Source: Phaeosaccion multiseriatum (Eukaryota > Protista > Ochrophyta, other classes). Taken from it: a stretch of 64,000 nucleotides of DNA. Under the pieces are notes generated by a model. The model did not search any database, was not told the origin of the DNA, and saw only the letters and a list, made by a program, of their open reading frames with translations. The position numbers and the translations under genes were made by a program. Numbering within the stretch: the stretch's first letter is position 1; every line of letters starts with the position of its first letter. The DNA lies in assembly GCA_965112735.1 (NCBI GenBank), contig OZ218951.1:4774001-4838000 (forward strand), in the 5' to 3' direction. Of this stretch, positions 39,107 through 53,483 are shown in pieces.

Positions 39107-40935
39107 ATGGTGCTGCTGCTGTTGCTCCTGCTCGGCCTTCTGGACGACCTTATCCAGAGTGCGCACGGCTTCACGCTCGGTGGCGGCTCATGCGCAGCGG
39201 CAGCTCGAGCCAGGGGGTGGGTTTGCAGCAGCAGCAGTGGAGGGGGAATCAGCAGTAGCAAGGGAAAAAGCAGCGTCTCAGGGCAGTGTAAGCTGCACTT
39301 CAGCTCCTCCCCTCACGCTAGTAGCATCAGAGGTAGGGCCGAGACGACACGTGTCTGCAAGTGGGATTTGCACCAGTGTTCTCTTGCTGGTGGCGGCGAC
39401 GTAGACCGTAGCCCCACACGTGTCAGAAGCGACGGGCACTACGCCCCAAGTAGCGCGACGCCGAGGCCCAGGAGGGGGGGAAGGAGGGACGCGAGGGGAG
39501 GGAGAAGTGGTACCAGGAGGCACGCGCGCGACGGGCAGGGTGGCGAGGCGAGTCTGTTGTCAGAGGAGGCCCTTGCTGCGGCCAAGGAGGCCGCGTTGCG
39601 TTCTGACGAGGAGTGGTATCGCCAGTTCATTGGCGGGGGCGACACTGGCGATGACCCCACTAGAAGTAGAACTGGTGGTGGTACTGCTAGCAGCGCCATC
39701 AGTAGGCCTAGAAGCAGCAACCGGGGCGGAGTCGATCGCTCCTATGGACGTGCAGAAGGTGGAGAACAAACCCGAGGGGGATGGGAAAGGGAAAGGGATC
39801 AGCAGGCCGCGGGGCCCACCAGTGGCAGGCGGGGAGAACAGCCGCAGTATTATGCAGACGACGAGCTCTACTATGATGATGATGAGTATGACGACGACGA
39901 CGAGTATTACTACTATGATGATGAGGAGGAGGATGTAAACGCCAGGGACGATGGACGTGGACCAGCTCTGAAGCAGGGGAGTCGGCCACCAGCAGCAGTT
40001 GGTGATACAGTAGCAGCGGCATCTTCAAGGCGACTTCCGTCAGCGCCAGAGGCCCCGAGAAGAGCGAGTGGTGGGATTTCGGAGATTGAGGTCATCCCGA
40101 GGCCAAACCCTCTGAAGACCGCCAGAGAGGCGCTAGAGAGACACCGTAAGGAGGAAGAACAGCTCAAGCAGCAGCAACGGCAGGGTGAGCGGTGGCAGGA
40201 CACGGAGCGAGCGGGGGAGGAGGACACAGAGCGAGGGGAAGAGGAAGAAGAGGGAAAAGAGGACGAGGAGGACGCGGAGGACGAGGAAGAGGTTTTGAAC
40301 GAGCCTGTAGATGAGAAGGGGAAGGAGAAGAAGGGGGGGCAGGGGGAGGAGGAGGAGCATAGGGAGGGAGAGAAAGTGCAGCTGGGGCAGCCGGAGGAAG
40401 GAGTGCAACACACACCAACGGCAGCAGCGGTGCAGGGGAAGGAGGCAGACGCTGTGAGCGGGGTGGTGAACGACGGGAGGAAGGCACCTGTCGGCTCCTC
40501 TGTCGACTCCACTGGTCTTCCACCCTCCGCTACTGGCTCTCTTGCACCTCCAGCAGCAGATCAGCAGTCGGAAGCTAAGCCAGAGTCAGAGCTACCGTCG
40601 GAACCGATGGATCCTCGAGTGGTGGACCTCCTCGGCCTAGGCTACTCCAAGGTAGGTTGGTGTGGGCTTTTGTGTGGCGGGAGGATCGCGGAAGCGACGA
40701 AACGACGACGGAGGAGATGGTAATGGTGATGATGCCCTCTCTACCGTTGGCAGTTACATTGGCTGTTATACTCATTGCTCACGGGGCACGGGGATAACTC
40801 AAGAGAGACGTCGTATGCCTCTCCCCTTGAGTGTGTGTGTGTGTGCCTTACAGTCCATTACTGTCAGTGCAGTGCAGTCAGTGTGAGCTTAAGTGTCCTC
40901 ACCGGGATGGAATTGTGTTCGGGGCACGTAGTCAG

Positions 40936-40975
<40 letters not shown>

Positions 40976-43735
40976 GCTGTTGCTGTATCACGTCTCATTT
41001 CGTCCACCAATTACCCCCTCTATGTCCATGTTTCTCACTTTGTTCTCATCCGACGGGTACTTGCCTCCCTCCCCCAACCCTCTCTCTCTTTCTCTCTCTG
41101 TCTCTCGGACTCTCTTTCCCTCCCTCTCGCTCTGTCTGTCTCCCTCTCCTCTCCCTTCCCTTCCCCACCCCCACAGGAGGAAGCAGAGAGCCTTGTTCCT
41201 GAGGTGATCGATCTCGTCATCAGCGCCAAGATGAAGCGCCCCGCCTCTGGCATTCCGCCAGACTGGATGCAGCTCGGGAAGGAGACGGAGGGGCAAGACC
41301 AGCAGCAGCAGCAGCAGCAGCAGTTGGTGATACAGCAAGGGCAACGGCTTGGCGGTCTGTCAGAGGATTCCTATGCAGACGACGAGGAGGAGGAGGGATA
41401 CTTACGGGATGGTGGCGGCGTTGTGGGCCGGGGAAGAGGCGAGTACGAGGGCGGTGCAAGACGGGGGGGTGGTCGTGATGACGTAGGACAGCCCTGGCAG
41501 CCTCGACAACAGAGGCAGCAGCGGAACATGCGAGGAGGGGGAGGGGGCACGTATAGTCAAGACCCTCGGTACGACTACGACGAGAGACGGGGCAGGGGCT
41601 CTCGTGATGGTAGATACGATGACGATGATGATGATGATGATGATGGTGACGGCTATTATGACTACAGATATGGCGACGACGTGTATGAGGAGGACGAAGA
41701 GGAGGAGGAGGCGTATGACGAAGCAGGGTTCTACGGTGAAGGTTTCGAAGCAAGAAGGGGCGGCGGCAAGAGCAGGGGCAGGGGAGGGGGAGGGGGTGTT
41801 CGGTATAGCGACGAGTACTACGATGACGAGTATGATTATGAAGGCAGGGGTGACAGGAGGTGGGGGGGGAAGGCGACGGAAGACAGCCCCATTCGAAGGT
41901 TCATCACCTTTGTGACGGGTGGAGAGGGAAGCTTCGAGCAGCAGGAGGGGAAGCAGAGGGGGGGGCGCTACGGGGATGAGCGGGGTGGAGATGAATGGGA
42001 TGATGATGATGATGACGACGACTATGGCAAGCCGCTTGTGTCCTGGCCAGATTTGGACAAGTTCAAGGCTATGCTGAGGAAAGAATCTGAGATGAGGTTG
42101 GCGGTTACGGTAAGTGGGAAGGGGAGGGGAGTGGAGGGAGGGGAGGGGAGGGGAGGGGGGGAGGGAGGGAGGGAGGGAGGGAGGGAGGGAGGGAGGGAAG
42201 GAAGGGACGGGGAAGGGAGGGATAACGGATGGATACATGGATGGAGGGATGGATGGAAGAATGAGTGGAGGGAGGGAGGGAGGGAGCGTGTGGTGTGTGC
42301 GCTGTGCTGTGCGGGAGAGAGGGGAGGGAGTGTTTGCTGCATACTTCACTACTAACTAAACGCGATACACCCCACTTCTCCTCCTCCTCCTTCTCCTCCT
42401 CCTCTTCCGCTTCCTCCTCCCCCCCCCCCCTTTCCTGCCTGGCATTTTGAAATCCGATTGACTGACAGGGGCCCTGGGCGGCCGAAGTCGTCGCCGTAGA
42501 GAACCAACTCCGCGTGAAGGCCTACGAAGCTTGGCTCAAAACCCTCGAGGAGGGCATTGGGAGAAACCTTGTCTCCGAGGAAAGCAATCCCCGGACTATG
42601 GAGAACAAGCGAAAGAGGCTCGACATGGAGGATCAAAGGCAGCGGAGTCTCATGGAGCAAAGGGCTCGAGGGGAGGATGGGTGGAGCAGGGCAGGAGGGT
42701 TTTTGGACGAGCAGATGGAGACCCTGGCCAAGACATTGGAGGATTTGGAGGGGAGGGCGGAGGAGTGGGACAAAGAGCGGAGTAGGTTTGACTATGAGGA
42801 TATGCCCGTGCCAGGAGCAGCGAGACGGCGGCAGCGGCAGCGGTGGTGGGAGGAGGAGGAGGAAGAGGAGGAGGGAGGGGGGCGGGGGCGGACGGGGAGG
42901 GCCACGTCGAGGCGGGGGGGGAGGGCTGGTTGGGAGGGTGGTAAGGAAGGAGAAGCGTACAGAAGGCGGCGGGCGCCGATGGAAAGGGGTGGAGAAGATG
43001 AAGACGACGAAGGAGAGAGGGGCATGGGGAGGAGGACAAGGAGGAGGGAACCATCGGCGAGAAGTGGGGGAGGGGGCGCAGGCTACTATGACGACTACGC
43101 TGCGCCTCCTTTGTCCCTTGGAGGAGGTGAGTGAGAGCACGTGGACAGGCATGTTGGCATGGAAACCCGCAGACAGAGCCCAGTCTTGAGTCGAAAGGCT
43201 CTCGATTGACCCCCCTCTCTGAAGTCTATAGGCCCTTCTTTGAACACCCTCTCTATCGTCTTCAGGCTCTCGATTGACCCTCCTCTCTGAAGCCCCCTCT
43301 CTTATCGAAGTCTGCAGGCTCTCTGAAGTCTACAGGCTCTCTGATGTCTACAGGCTATCCACTGACCCCACTCCGCCCTCTCCTGCCGTGGGTGTGACCA
43401 TGTGACCCCGTGACTGTTGTGTGGTTGCTCTGCCCTTACACCTTTTCCTCCTCCTCCTCCTCCTCCTCCTCCTCCTCCTCCTCCTCCTCCTCCTCCGCCT
43501 CCTCCCTCCCTCCCTCCCTCCCTCCTTCTCCTTCTGCCCCTCACCCCCCTTCTACTCCACTGCCTGCACAGACGCCGAGCCTCCCTCCTACTCCTCCTCC
43601 AACGAGAGAGGTGACGACGACCTCGGACTCAACTTCGACACCCGAAGGAGCAGGAGGAGGAGGAGCGCCCCCCCCCCCCCGAAAGGGCCGAAAGGGAGGG
43701 GCCCAGAGAGGAGCGGAAGGAGAGGGCCGCCATAG
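39107..43735 (+). CDS. Hypothetical protein with bipartite (signal + plastid-transit-like) presequence; multi-exon
   Basis: MVLLLLLLLGLLDDLIQSAHG|FTL presequence. Exons ~39107..40651, 41177..42108, 42469..43126 and 43572..43735. Islands of globular sequence (LLGLGYSK|EEAESLVPEVIDLVI..RPASGIPPDW; WPDLDKFKAMLRKESEMRL..YEAWLKTLEEGIG) lie between acidic/RG-rich tracts. Confidence 0.75.
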
Positions 43736-44324
43736 TACAGAGACGGGTGCTTCTCCCTCCCTCCCTCCCTCCCGTGTCTCTTGGATGGCAGTGGATGGGG
43801 ATGGGATGGAATGTGATGGGATGGGTTGGGATGGCAGTGGATGGGATGGGACGGTGACTTGACTCACTTGGCCTGTCTCTGCTCTGGCATGGATAGGAAG
43901 GAGGCGAACAGAATGCTTTCGACAAGCACATTACAGACGTTTGTGTGGGTGTGAGCGAGCGTTATTTTGTTCTGAATGTATGGGGTTGTTCATTATTATC
44001 ACAGGCCACCTTTGGTAGTCAGGAGCAAGGGCCTAAACACCCCTAGTTCCTGCTCCTGTCAAAGCGCCTCTACAATTTTCGTTACAATTATTACTTTAAT
44101 TTAAAATTAAAATGGAATGCTTCTCTGAGACTCGGCACGCACGTATGGTACAAACCCAACAAGCAAAGTCAGCAGCACCACGACCAACCCCACAACACGG
44201 ACACATAAATGTACACATGACCACCCCAAACCCCGCTCCTCTCCCACCCGTCCTCCACCACGCCCCCTCCTTCCTTCCTTCCTCTCTCTCTCTCTCTCTC
44301 TCACACACACTCTCTCTCCCTCGT

Positions 44325-44386
<62 letters not shown>

Positions 44387-44410
44387 GTCCCTCTCTCATG
44401 GGCCCTCCTC

Positions 44411-44986
44411 TCACCGACGCCATCGAGCAGCAAAGCTTGACACGACCATGAGCACCACCACGCTCGTCAGCACACCCGCCCCGGCCTTATTATACCTGTT
44501 GGGGCTCTTGTTGTACTCATCACGCAAGCGCTGCATTGCGCGTCTCAATGCCTCATCCAGCGATGACCCCCTCCTCTCGGAGCCAGCGTCAGAGCCAGTG
44601 TTAGAGCCAGCGTAGAAGCCAAAGCCAGAGCCTTCCGTTGCTGCCTCTGCTGCTACGGTTGTACCACCAACTGCTGGGGAAGAGAAAGACGCCGCCGTCC
44701 CGATGCTGCTGATGCTGCCCATGCTGCTGACACTGCTGCTGCTGCTGCTGTGTCGAGCTGACACTCCTCCTCCTCCTCCTCCTCCTCCTCCTCCCATGGC
44801 ACGGCTACGAAGGTCCTCCTGCACGGTACGGTACCTCGCAGTGTTGGTTGGGGTCATGCCAATGTTCATACCCCAAGAAGAGGAAGAAGATGAAGACGGT
44901 AACGTCGCCACCGCTGCTCTTGCCTCTGCCTCTGCTACTGCTCCATCGCCTCCTCCCCACCACATCCACCCAGCGGCCCCGGAGTC

Positions 44987-45026
<40 letters not shown>

Positions 45027-46394
45027 CGCTTCAGTGCGGTCTGTGCCTCTCGGAGACGGGCCTTGTGCGCCTGCCGAGCACTGTTCCGTCTGTGAGAAAG
45101 GGGCAAAAGATAGTGAGGTACGCGGAAGGTACAGACAAGAGGGTGGTGGATCTGTCAAACAGTCCACTGCCATCCACCCACCTCCTCCACCATGTACACA
45201 GCCTACAGGACGATTCACGTCACTTACCTCTTCCAGCTGTCCAAGGTTGGGCATACGCCCTTCATGAGCCCATTCTTCGCTTCAAAGTCTGCGTCGAGCA
45301 GAGGCCAGCCACAGAGAAGGAGGGAGACAGAGGGGCACACGGAAGGAGGGGGAGAGAGAGAGAGCGGGAGGGTGAGAGTGCGTTTCAGGGAGAGAGAGAC
45401 ACACACAAACACAAATGACATGTATACCGGAGCCCCCAATCGATGCGACGACAGTTTCAAAAACGCTCCCCCTCCCCATCCAATACTGTCCCCTTCACAG
45501 ACCACACGCGCACACTCACACGCACAACGCTGCCCCGGGGGACGCCCTCCCTCCCTTCCTCCCTCCCTCTGTACCACCAACCCCCTCACCTTGCACCTTC
45601 TCCTCGATCGTCGTCCTGAGCTGGTTCACTTGCGCCGTCCCCGACACGGTCTCTTTGCAAAAGGGACAAATCATCCCCTTTTCAGCGAACCTTCGCATGG
45701 GGGAAGGGCGGGGGGTGGGGCCAATCCAATAGCGAGCAAGCGATGAACGAGACACACAAACACACATACAAAACAACCGAGGTGCAGCACAGCCAAGCAC
45801 ACGGGAGGGGGGAGAGGGGGAAGGGAAGGGAGGGCTTAGAGGGCATCTTTCGCTCACAAACAAAGCAGAGGGGCACGGAGGAAATGATCACACACTTCCT
45901 GTGCGATTCTTCGTGCTCTTCCCCCCTTCTCTCTCTCCGCCATTGCATTCGCTCCTTGTACCTCCCTCCCTCCCGTTCCCTCCCCTCAAACTCACCATTG
46001 CTCCAAGCAGTCGCCACATGCCGCATGGCCACAGCAATTGACACTGGTGGGGTCCACCTCCACTTCTTGACAAATGGTGCAAATGTGCTCCTTCAACTGC
46101 AACTCAAACCCGTCGTCCCATTCCTCCGCCCCCATCCCCAAGCGCTGTTTCAGAAAGGCCTCTCTCTCTCTCTGTCGCTTCGCTGCTGTAGTGGCTGTTG
46201 ACCGGCCATGCCTTCGACTGCCATCAATCTCGTCATTGAGGCTGAGCGACTCGGGGTCTCCCGAATCGAAGACGGCATCTTCCCACATGGGGATGTGCAT
46301 GATGCCTTCATTACAGCGCAAATATAACAAAAATAACGACAAAAGACAACAATAACAGCACAAAACATTGTGTGAAACATCACCGGAGCATGAG

Positions 46395-46444
<50 letters not shown>

Positions 46445-48450
46445 AGAGAGCGCAGTCCCGACCGCCAGAGGAAGCACTGCCGGGCAAGCAACCCCCTCCC
46501 CTGCCCTGCCCCTCTCCCTCTCCCCCCGGGCCCCCTTCTTCTTTCATGTCTGTCCTCTAGGGATGGCAGAGCACGTGCAGAGAAGTTTCAGTTTCAGATT
46601 CTTCCCCTTCCCTCCTCTTGCCAGTCTCCTCACCGTGGTCTCTAGGGTCTAGCTGGTCTTCAGCGCCATCCCAATCGCGCTTGCTTGCGTCAAGGCTCTC
46701 GAGAATGACCTGCTGCAGCTCGGGGTCGTTGGCGTCACTGGGTGTGTCGTCTTCCATGTCCAGCAGGTCCACTGGCGGATGGCAGTGGATGGGGCATCAG
46801 CAAGAATGGGCAGTAAGCAGAGTGGGATGGCAGTAGATGGAGCGGTGAGCAGAATGGAATGGCAGTAGATGGGGCAGTCACTTGGAGGGTGGTCGTGCGT
46901 GCAGCCACTGAGGGCATCAGAAGTCAGTGGAGAGATAGAAAGACATAAAGACACATAAAAACAAACAGACGGACACATATAAAGAAACACGGGTCAGATA
47001 GCTCCCCTGACAGATGGACATCATATCCAATGTACCTGCCTCCAGCAGCCCCTCCATCCTGTTGTGGTCCCTGAGATCAGCGAACATTGAAGACAGCACC
47101 TTTGATGACATAAAAATCATAGCCATTCACGTCGGATCAAAAGGCAGAGGGTGGGCATGAGCATCGGCGGCGGATTCATTTGAGGGGGAGGGGGTGACAA
47201 CGAAGGGGGGGGCACAATGGACATGCATAGTCTATTGCTTCGTTCGGTCTTGTGCGTGAAGAAGGAAAGACAGAACGTGCCATGTTAAAGACATCAACAC
47301 CACCAACACAACTCCTCCTCCTTCTCCTCCTCCTCCTCCTGATCCTCATCCCTCTCCCTGCTCCTGCTGCTGCTGCTGCTCCTCCTCCTCCTCCTCCTCC
47401 TCCTCCTCCTCCTCCTCCTCCTCCTCCTCCTCCTCTATCCTTCTCCTGCTGCTGCTCCTGCTCCTCCTCGTCCCTCCACTCCCTCGACTACCCGCCCCCC
47501 TCCCCCTCTCTCCACAGCAGAAGCACTCACCACCTCCTGCACCCTCGGCTGTGCAGCACAAGCCGCGCACATGTCCAGCACCGCCTCAGGCAGGACTACA
47601 CGTGAGGATAAACCAACGGACGTGTAGGTTTGGTTCGCCACGCATTTGTACGCGCCATCGGGGCCACTGTCGAGCGCGTAGAGACCTGGTGCGCGAGTGG
47701 GCACGAGGGGAGGGGAGGGGAGGGAGGAGAGGGGAAGTTGGTTGGTGGGTTTGGGGTTCACAGCAGGCGGGGGGAGCGAAGGGGGTTGTTGCTTCTTCAG
47801 GAGAGTAGAATTGAATCCTTTATGAGGAAGGGGGAAAGAGAAAACGGGGGAGAGCGGAGGCCCTTCGGTGATGCGAAACACACACATGTACTCAACCTTG
47901 CTGTACCTGGGCGATGCGGCACCTCACTGAAGTGATGGTTGCCGTTGATGCGAATCTCTTCGTGGGTGAGGGGTCTGAAGCTCCCCCCCCGCTCGAACCG
48001 GAAACGCTGGGCGAAGGTTGCTGCCGACGATCTCACTGCACTTTTCGTCCACGCCTTCGATGTCTGGGCCATGGCCATCTTGGTGGCTACAAGTCAGCTC
48101 GGCGACACACACGCGCTTACAGGTGACCTCGGCTGCTCCTGTGCTCCTGCTACTTCTCTTCTGCTCCTCTTACTGCGTGCTCATCCGAATCTCCGTTTGA
48201 GTGTCGAGGGCGAGGGGACAGATGTGATAGGACTTGCTGTTGAGCGCCGTCGAGCGCGACAAGTGGGAGAGGCTCTCTGAATGGGCAGAGAGCCAGCTGC
48301 TCAGTGTCCCTGAACAGCCGAACCAGCAGCTGCGGGCCCTGCTCCAACAGACTTCCAAGGTCTCGAGGGGTGACGAAATTCCTACTTCTTGTCCGTTCTT
48401 CCCCTATCCTACTCTCCGCAGAGCGATTAAGAGACGGCCCATACGCGCAC
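44411..48450 (-). CDS. Putative tail-anchored RING-HC E3 ubiquitin ligase with a UIM-like motif; multi-exon; 5' end uncertain
   Basis: RING split by an intron: CTICQEVEVDPTSVNCCGHAACGDCLEQW|FAEKGMICPFCK. UIM-like DANDPELQQVILESL at ~46690-46740. C-terminal hydrophobic helix GVLTSVVVLMVVSSFAARWRR*. Confidence 0.75.
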
Positions 48451-48686
48451 CAGGCGCACTCCACTTTACAACCCGCAATATCCTTCTCTCCCGTGCTTCT
48501 CTCGCTTTTTTTACATTACATTCGGAGCTATGCTCAACATGCACGCGCGCACCCACATCTTTGACATATACTCATTGTTGACTTATTACAGTCCTCTTGT
48601 CTTCTTGTGAGGAGGACAGAAAAGGAGGAAAAAAAGAAGCCAGTAGTGGTGAGAACCCCAGAGGAAGGGCTTAAGGGCCGAGGACC

Positions 48687-50467
48687 ATGACTGGAAGGGC
48701 GACCAGGAGCGGTGCAGCCGCTAAGAAGACGAGGAGAGGAGGAAAGGTGAGGAATGACAATTTGGCGTTACGTTTAGTGCCACAGCTCCTTCCCCCCTCA
48801 CAAGGGGAGGAATTGCATTGCTTCTCAGTCCGATGTAGTGACAAGAATATAGCACCATAGCGCCCGGGATGAGACATTTAACCCCATTCCTTATGATACC
48901 GCAGCACGGCGTGCGACATTGAAGATATCTTGTGTTGGACGGATCAAGTCAAGAAGGAGAAGAGGTTTTAGGGGTTGGATCGGCGCCTCTCCCTCTCTTT
49001 CGATACCTTTTCTCTGCTTCTCTGTGCACCCTTTGCTCTCTTCTTTATCCTTCTCTCTCTCTCTCTCCCTTCTCTCCCTTTTCTCTGTCTCATTCTTCCC
49101 CTCTTCTCTCCATTCCCCCCCCCCCGCCCCCTCTCCCAGGGTAACAAAGTATCCCGCTCGCTCACAGCGAGCACCTTTGCGAGTTCTGTAAATCGTCCGG
49201 GCATCGATGTGCCCGAACACATCAAAGGGAAGGCCCGGGAGAAGGTAGGAGAAGAGCTTTGAGACAGAGAGAGGGAGAGAGAGAGGGGGCGATGGAAGAG
49301 AGACAGAGAGAGAACGAGCAGAGAGAGAGAGAGGAGAGGGAGACAGAGATAGCGAGGGAAAGAGAGAGGTTAGAAGCATTAGTATGGGAAGGATGGAAAG
49401 GAAAGGAAGGGAAGAAAAATTGCCAGTGAATTCGGCAGTAGACGTGGCCGATAGCGAAGGGAGACACGGGACTCTGTTCCGACAGACTCGGCTCAGTCGG
49501 TCTTCTCCTCTCCCCCCCCCCCCTGCGTGCTTACCTGCGTTCCCACCCCTCCCTCTCTTCCTCTCCTTTTTTCCTCTCGCCTCCCACTCGACTCTTTTCT
49601 CGCTCGACGACGCGACAAAACTCGCTCACTTCGACCCTGCCCACCGTCGTGTTTCTCCATGTCCTCTTCTGTGTGTTCCCCTTTTTTTGCTGTCCTTGTG
49701 ATTGTGCTCTGCTCCGCAGGCCATCAGTGACGCCCTCGCTGCACGCACGAGGGAGGCGACTCACCGAAGGCTGGCAACCGCCCGACTCGGCTGGGAGGAA
49801 AGAGGCACGAGCGCCCGCAAGTATCAAAAGCAGGGTGACCCCAAATGGAACAAACCCAAGGTGAGCACGCAACAAACAATCACTCAATCACCCAAACGTC
49901 TTGTTCGTCACACAAAGCCTTCGTGTATGTATGATCACCCAAACGTCTTGTTCGTTACACACGGCTTTCTTTCATGCATGTACCTTTCATCATGGCAAGC
50001 ACAAGCGCAAGCTCTAATGACGAAATGCTTGTGGCTGCTGTTACGACTGGATCACCAGCTGAACTACTCTCTCTTTCCTCCCCTCCCCACGGCTCAGGCG
50101 CTACGAAAACGCAACCACCTGGCCTCCAGTGAACGCATCGTTCGCATCATTGGGGAGCAGTGGTGGCCCAAGCTCAGGCACCGCTGGGTCGTCGTCAACA
50201 GCGTCCACATACTGCAGGTGTGTGTATGTATGTGTATGTGTGTGTGGCGCAGCACAGACAAGAAAAAAGGAAGACCAACAAGCTTACTGTGTACCACCAA
50301 CTGCTGTACCACTGTACCACTGTACCACCAACGTCTGTGCATCACAGGTGCTGCCGAAGGAAGAGTACATGCGGCTCAATGTGCTCATGTTCAGAGCCCT
50401 TGTGCCCGACGCCGACGCCATTGAGACTGCAGAGAACGCCGCACACGACTGGTGTCAGGACATCGCA

Positions 50468-50500
<33 letters not shown>

Positions 50501-53401
50501 GAGGAGGAGGCAGTGGGAGTAATGGGAGCAGAGGAATGGGGGGGCTCCCCCTCGCAGTGAGGAGAGTGGGTATGCCCAAGGAGACCTTCCACAAAGCAAT
50601 CTTCGGAGTCGTGGACAATGTACGTGTGTGTGGGTGTGGGTCTTTTTGTGCGTGTGTGGGTGCGTGTGATGATCGTGTGTGTGTGTGCGTGTGTGTATGT
50701 GTGTGTGAGTGTGTATGTGTGCGTGTGTATGTGTGCGTGTGTATGTGTGTGTGTGTGGGGGGGGGGGCTGGGTGGTTAGGTGGATGGATGAATCAGGGAG
50801 TGTGTGGGTAGATGGGTGGGGTGTGGGTGTGTGTGGGTGTGTGGGTATGAGTGGGTGTGTGTGGGTATGATTGGGTGTGTGTGGGTATGATTGGGCGTGT
50901 GTGGGTATGATTGGGTGTATGTGGGTATGATGGGGTGTGTGTGGGTGTATGAGGGTGGGCGGGTGCTTGGCTCTGACTCATCGCTCTCCTCTCTCCCATC
51001 TCCTCTCCTCTCTCCTCTCTCTCCTCTCTCCTCCCCTCTGTTCTGTCCTCTCTCCTCCCCTCTCTCCCATCTCCTCTCCTCTCTGCTCTCTCTCCTCTCT
51101 CCTCCCCTCTGTTCTGTCCTCTCTCCTCCCCTCTCTCCTCTCTCTCCTCTCCTCTCCCCTCCTCTCCCCTCTCTCGCCTCTCTCCTGCGTCAGTGGACGG
51201 AGAGTGTGATGGAGAAGGAGTACTGCACCTTCCTGGAGCTGCTTCTCTTCCGCGTGCTGCAGCTCGGGCTCACTAAGGACGACTTACACGATCGCACTTC
51301 CGTGGCTTCCTCGGTCAAACCCTTCAGGTATTGGTATATGTAGTTAGTAGGAAGTAGGGGATGGCCGTGTGTGTGGCAGACATCCAGTGTGTCATATATG
51401 AAGCGTATCGTGACTTCCCCCTGTCTCTTTGTCTCCCCCCCTCTCTCTACCTCTCTCTCCCTCTATAATTACTCCTCGTACCCCCCTCTCTGTCCCTCCC
51501 TTTCAGTCCCCTAAACCTTCCTCTGCTGGAGGTGAGAGAGGATTGGGTCAAAAGCTCAAAGGATATCATGCGTGCCCCCTGGCTGCACCACTCCAGGTTA
51601 GTGAGTGAGTGAGTGAGTGAGTGAGTGAGTTAGTGAGTGAGTTTGTTAGTTTGTGGCTAGTGACGTACTGCATCTCCCCCGGCGTGATGCCCTTGCTGAC
51701 GTACTGGGCTTGTGCCCCCACTGTCCCCCCCCCACCGAGCACCTCCTTTGACGTCCCCTCTCTCATTCTCCCTCTCTCCTTTCCTCTCCCTCTGCCCCCC
51801 CTCTTCCTCTCCCTCTCCTCTCCCCTCCTCTCCCCCTCCCCCTCCCCCCCTCTCTCCTTCTCCTCACCCTCCACCGTCTCGGGTGGCGCTATATATAAAC
51901 TGTATCACCAACCGTTGTGCCATGCGATGCGGTGCTCTGCTGTATCACCAACTGCTGTGCTGTGCTATGCCATAAATGCTCAGGAGAGACATGCATGCGG
52001 TGGACGAGGGAGGGGAGACCGACGCCAGCGAGGAAGACAAATGCTCCGTGCAGCGCTTCGCCGTGAACACCTTCGCCACGCAGGGTGGTGTCTCGAAGGG
52101 CAGCGGAGGAGGAGGAGGAGGAGGAGGAGGATGGGGAGGAAAAGCAGAAGGAGGGGGAGGGGGAGGGGTGGGGATGGAAGGACTCGGAGAGGCGGAGGCT
52201 TTTGTCCTGTATTGTTTGCGGATGGACCCCACCCTCAGCCAAGAAGAAGGCCTCAAGGTGAGTTTCAGCTTCAGTTGGAAGTGAGTTGTGCTTTTAGAAA
52301 GGCCGCGTCTGGTTGTTTCCCTGGCTCAGGATGGAGAATGACGACTCTCCTGTTGGGGGCGGGGCAAAGGGATGGAACCCTGGTGAACGTTCACCCACGC
52401 ACCCACGGACCCATCCTGCATCCACCCCCCGGGGGCCACTAAGAAGAGAAGTCGAGCAAAGCAAAGCATGTTGTCAGTATATGAGCCCTTATGCAAACCC
52501 TTATGTATGCATACGTATTGCCCCTCCCCAGGCCGACTCACGCACTGAGGTCAAAGTCGCTCTTCCCCGCCTGGAGCGCCTTCTGCGGTTGTGGCGAAAC
52601 AACAAGGTACGTACTAATGATAGTTTTTGATATGTGTGAGAGTACGTGTGATTACGTAAGAGGGAAGGGAGGAGCTTTCTCGACGTAGGTACTGTAGTGC
52701 GATAGGCAATGCCCTATCTAATGCCATCTACTGCCATCCCAATGCGCCACCACAAGCAAAGACAGAGGAGAGAGGAGTGGAGGGGAGAAGAGGAGAGGAG
52801 AGGAGGGGAGGAGAGGAGAGAAGAGGAAGGGAGGGAAGGGGAGGGCGAGAGGCCTCCTTTAACGTAGAGAAGAGAAGAGGGGGGAAGGCCTCTTAGACTT
52901 TGAGATGAGAGGAGAGGAAAGGAGAGGAGAGGAAGAGGAGGAGAGGGGGAGAGACCTCCTTTGACTTTGCCAAACATGCACACACCGAGCTGTGCCTCGG
53001 CCTGTGTTACTCTGTACTGTGCCCATATGACTCTGTCTGATGACCTCATGTGATGTGCCCTCCCATATGACTCTGTCTGATGACCTCATGTGATGTGCCC
53101 TCCCATATGACTCTATCTGATGACCTCATGTCATGTGCCCTCCCATATGACTCTATCTGATAACCTCATGTCATGTGCCCTCCCATATGACTGTTTCTAA
53201 TGTGCCCGTGTGACTGACCATGCTAATGCCTACCATGTGCCTGTATGACTGCCTATGCCCCGAACACAGGAGCTCACCGTGCGGGAGTTCTCGGCGCTGC
53301 GGCTGCTGAATTCCCACACGGAAACCCCCTCCTTCGTCGCCTACGCACAGAGAATGGGCTTCGGCTCTTCTTCGGCCAAGGACACACACTCAGGTACGTA
53401 C

Positions 53402-53483
<82 letters not shown>

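Noticed and set aside
50465-50480. Frameshift (pseudogene or programmed) in the large unknown gene
   Set aside because: It falls in a 10-G homopolymer, as does the shift at ~27885-27893; both are most likely sequencing errors.
53022-53195. 40-bp repeat as a CRISPR array
   Set aside because: No unique spacers; it is an ordinary intronic minisatellite.
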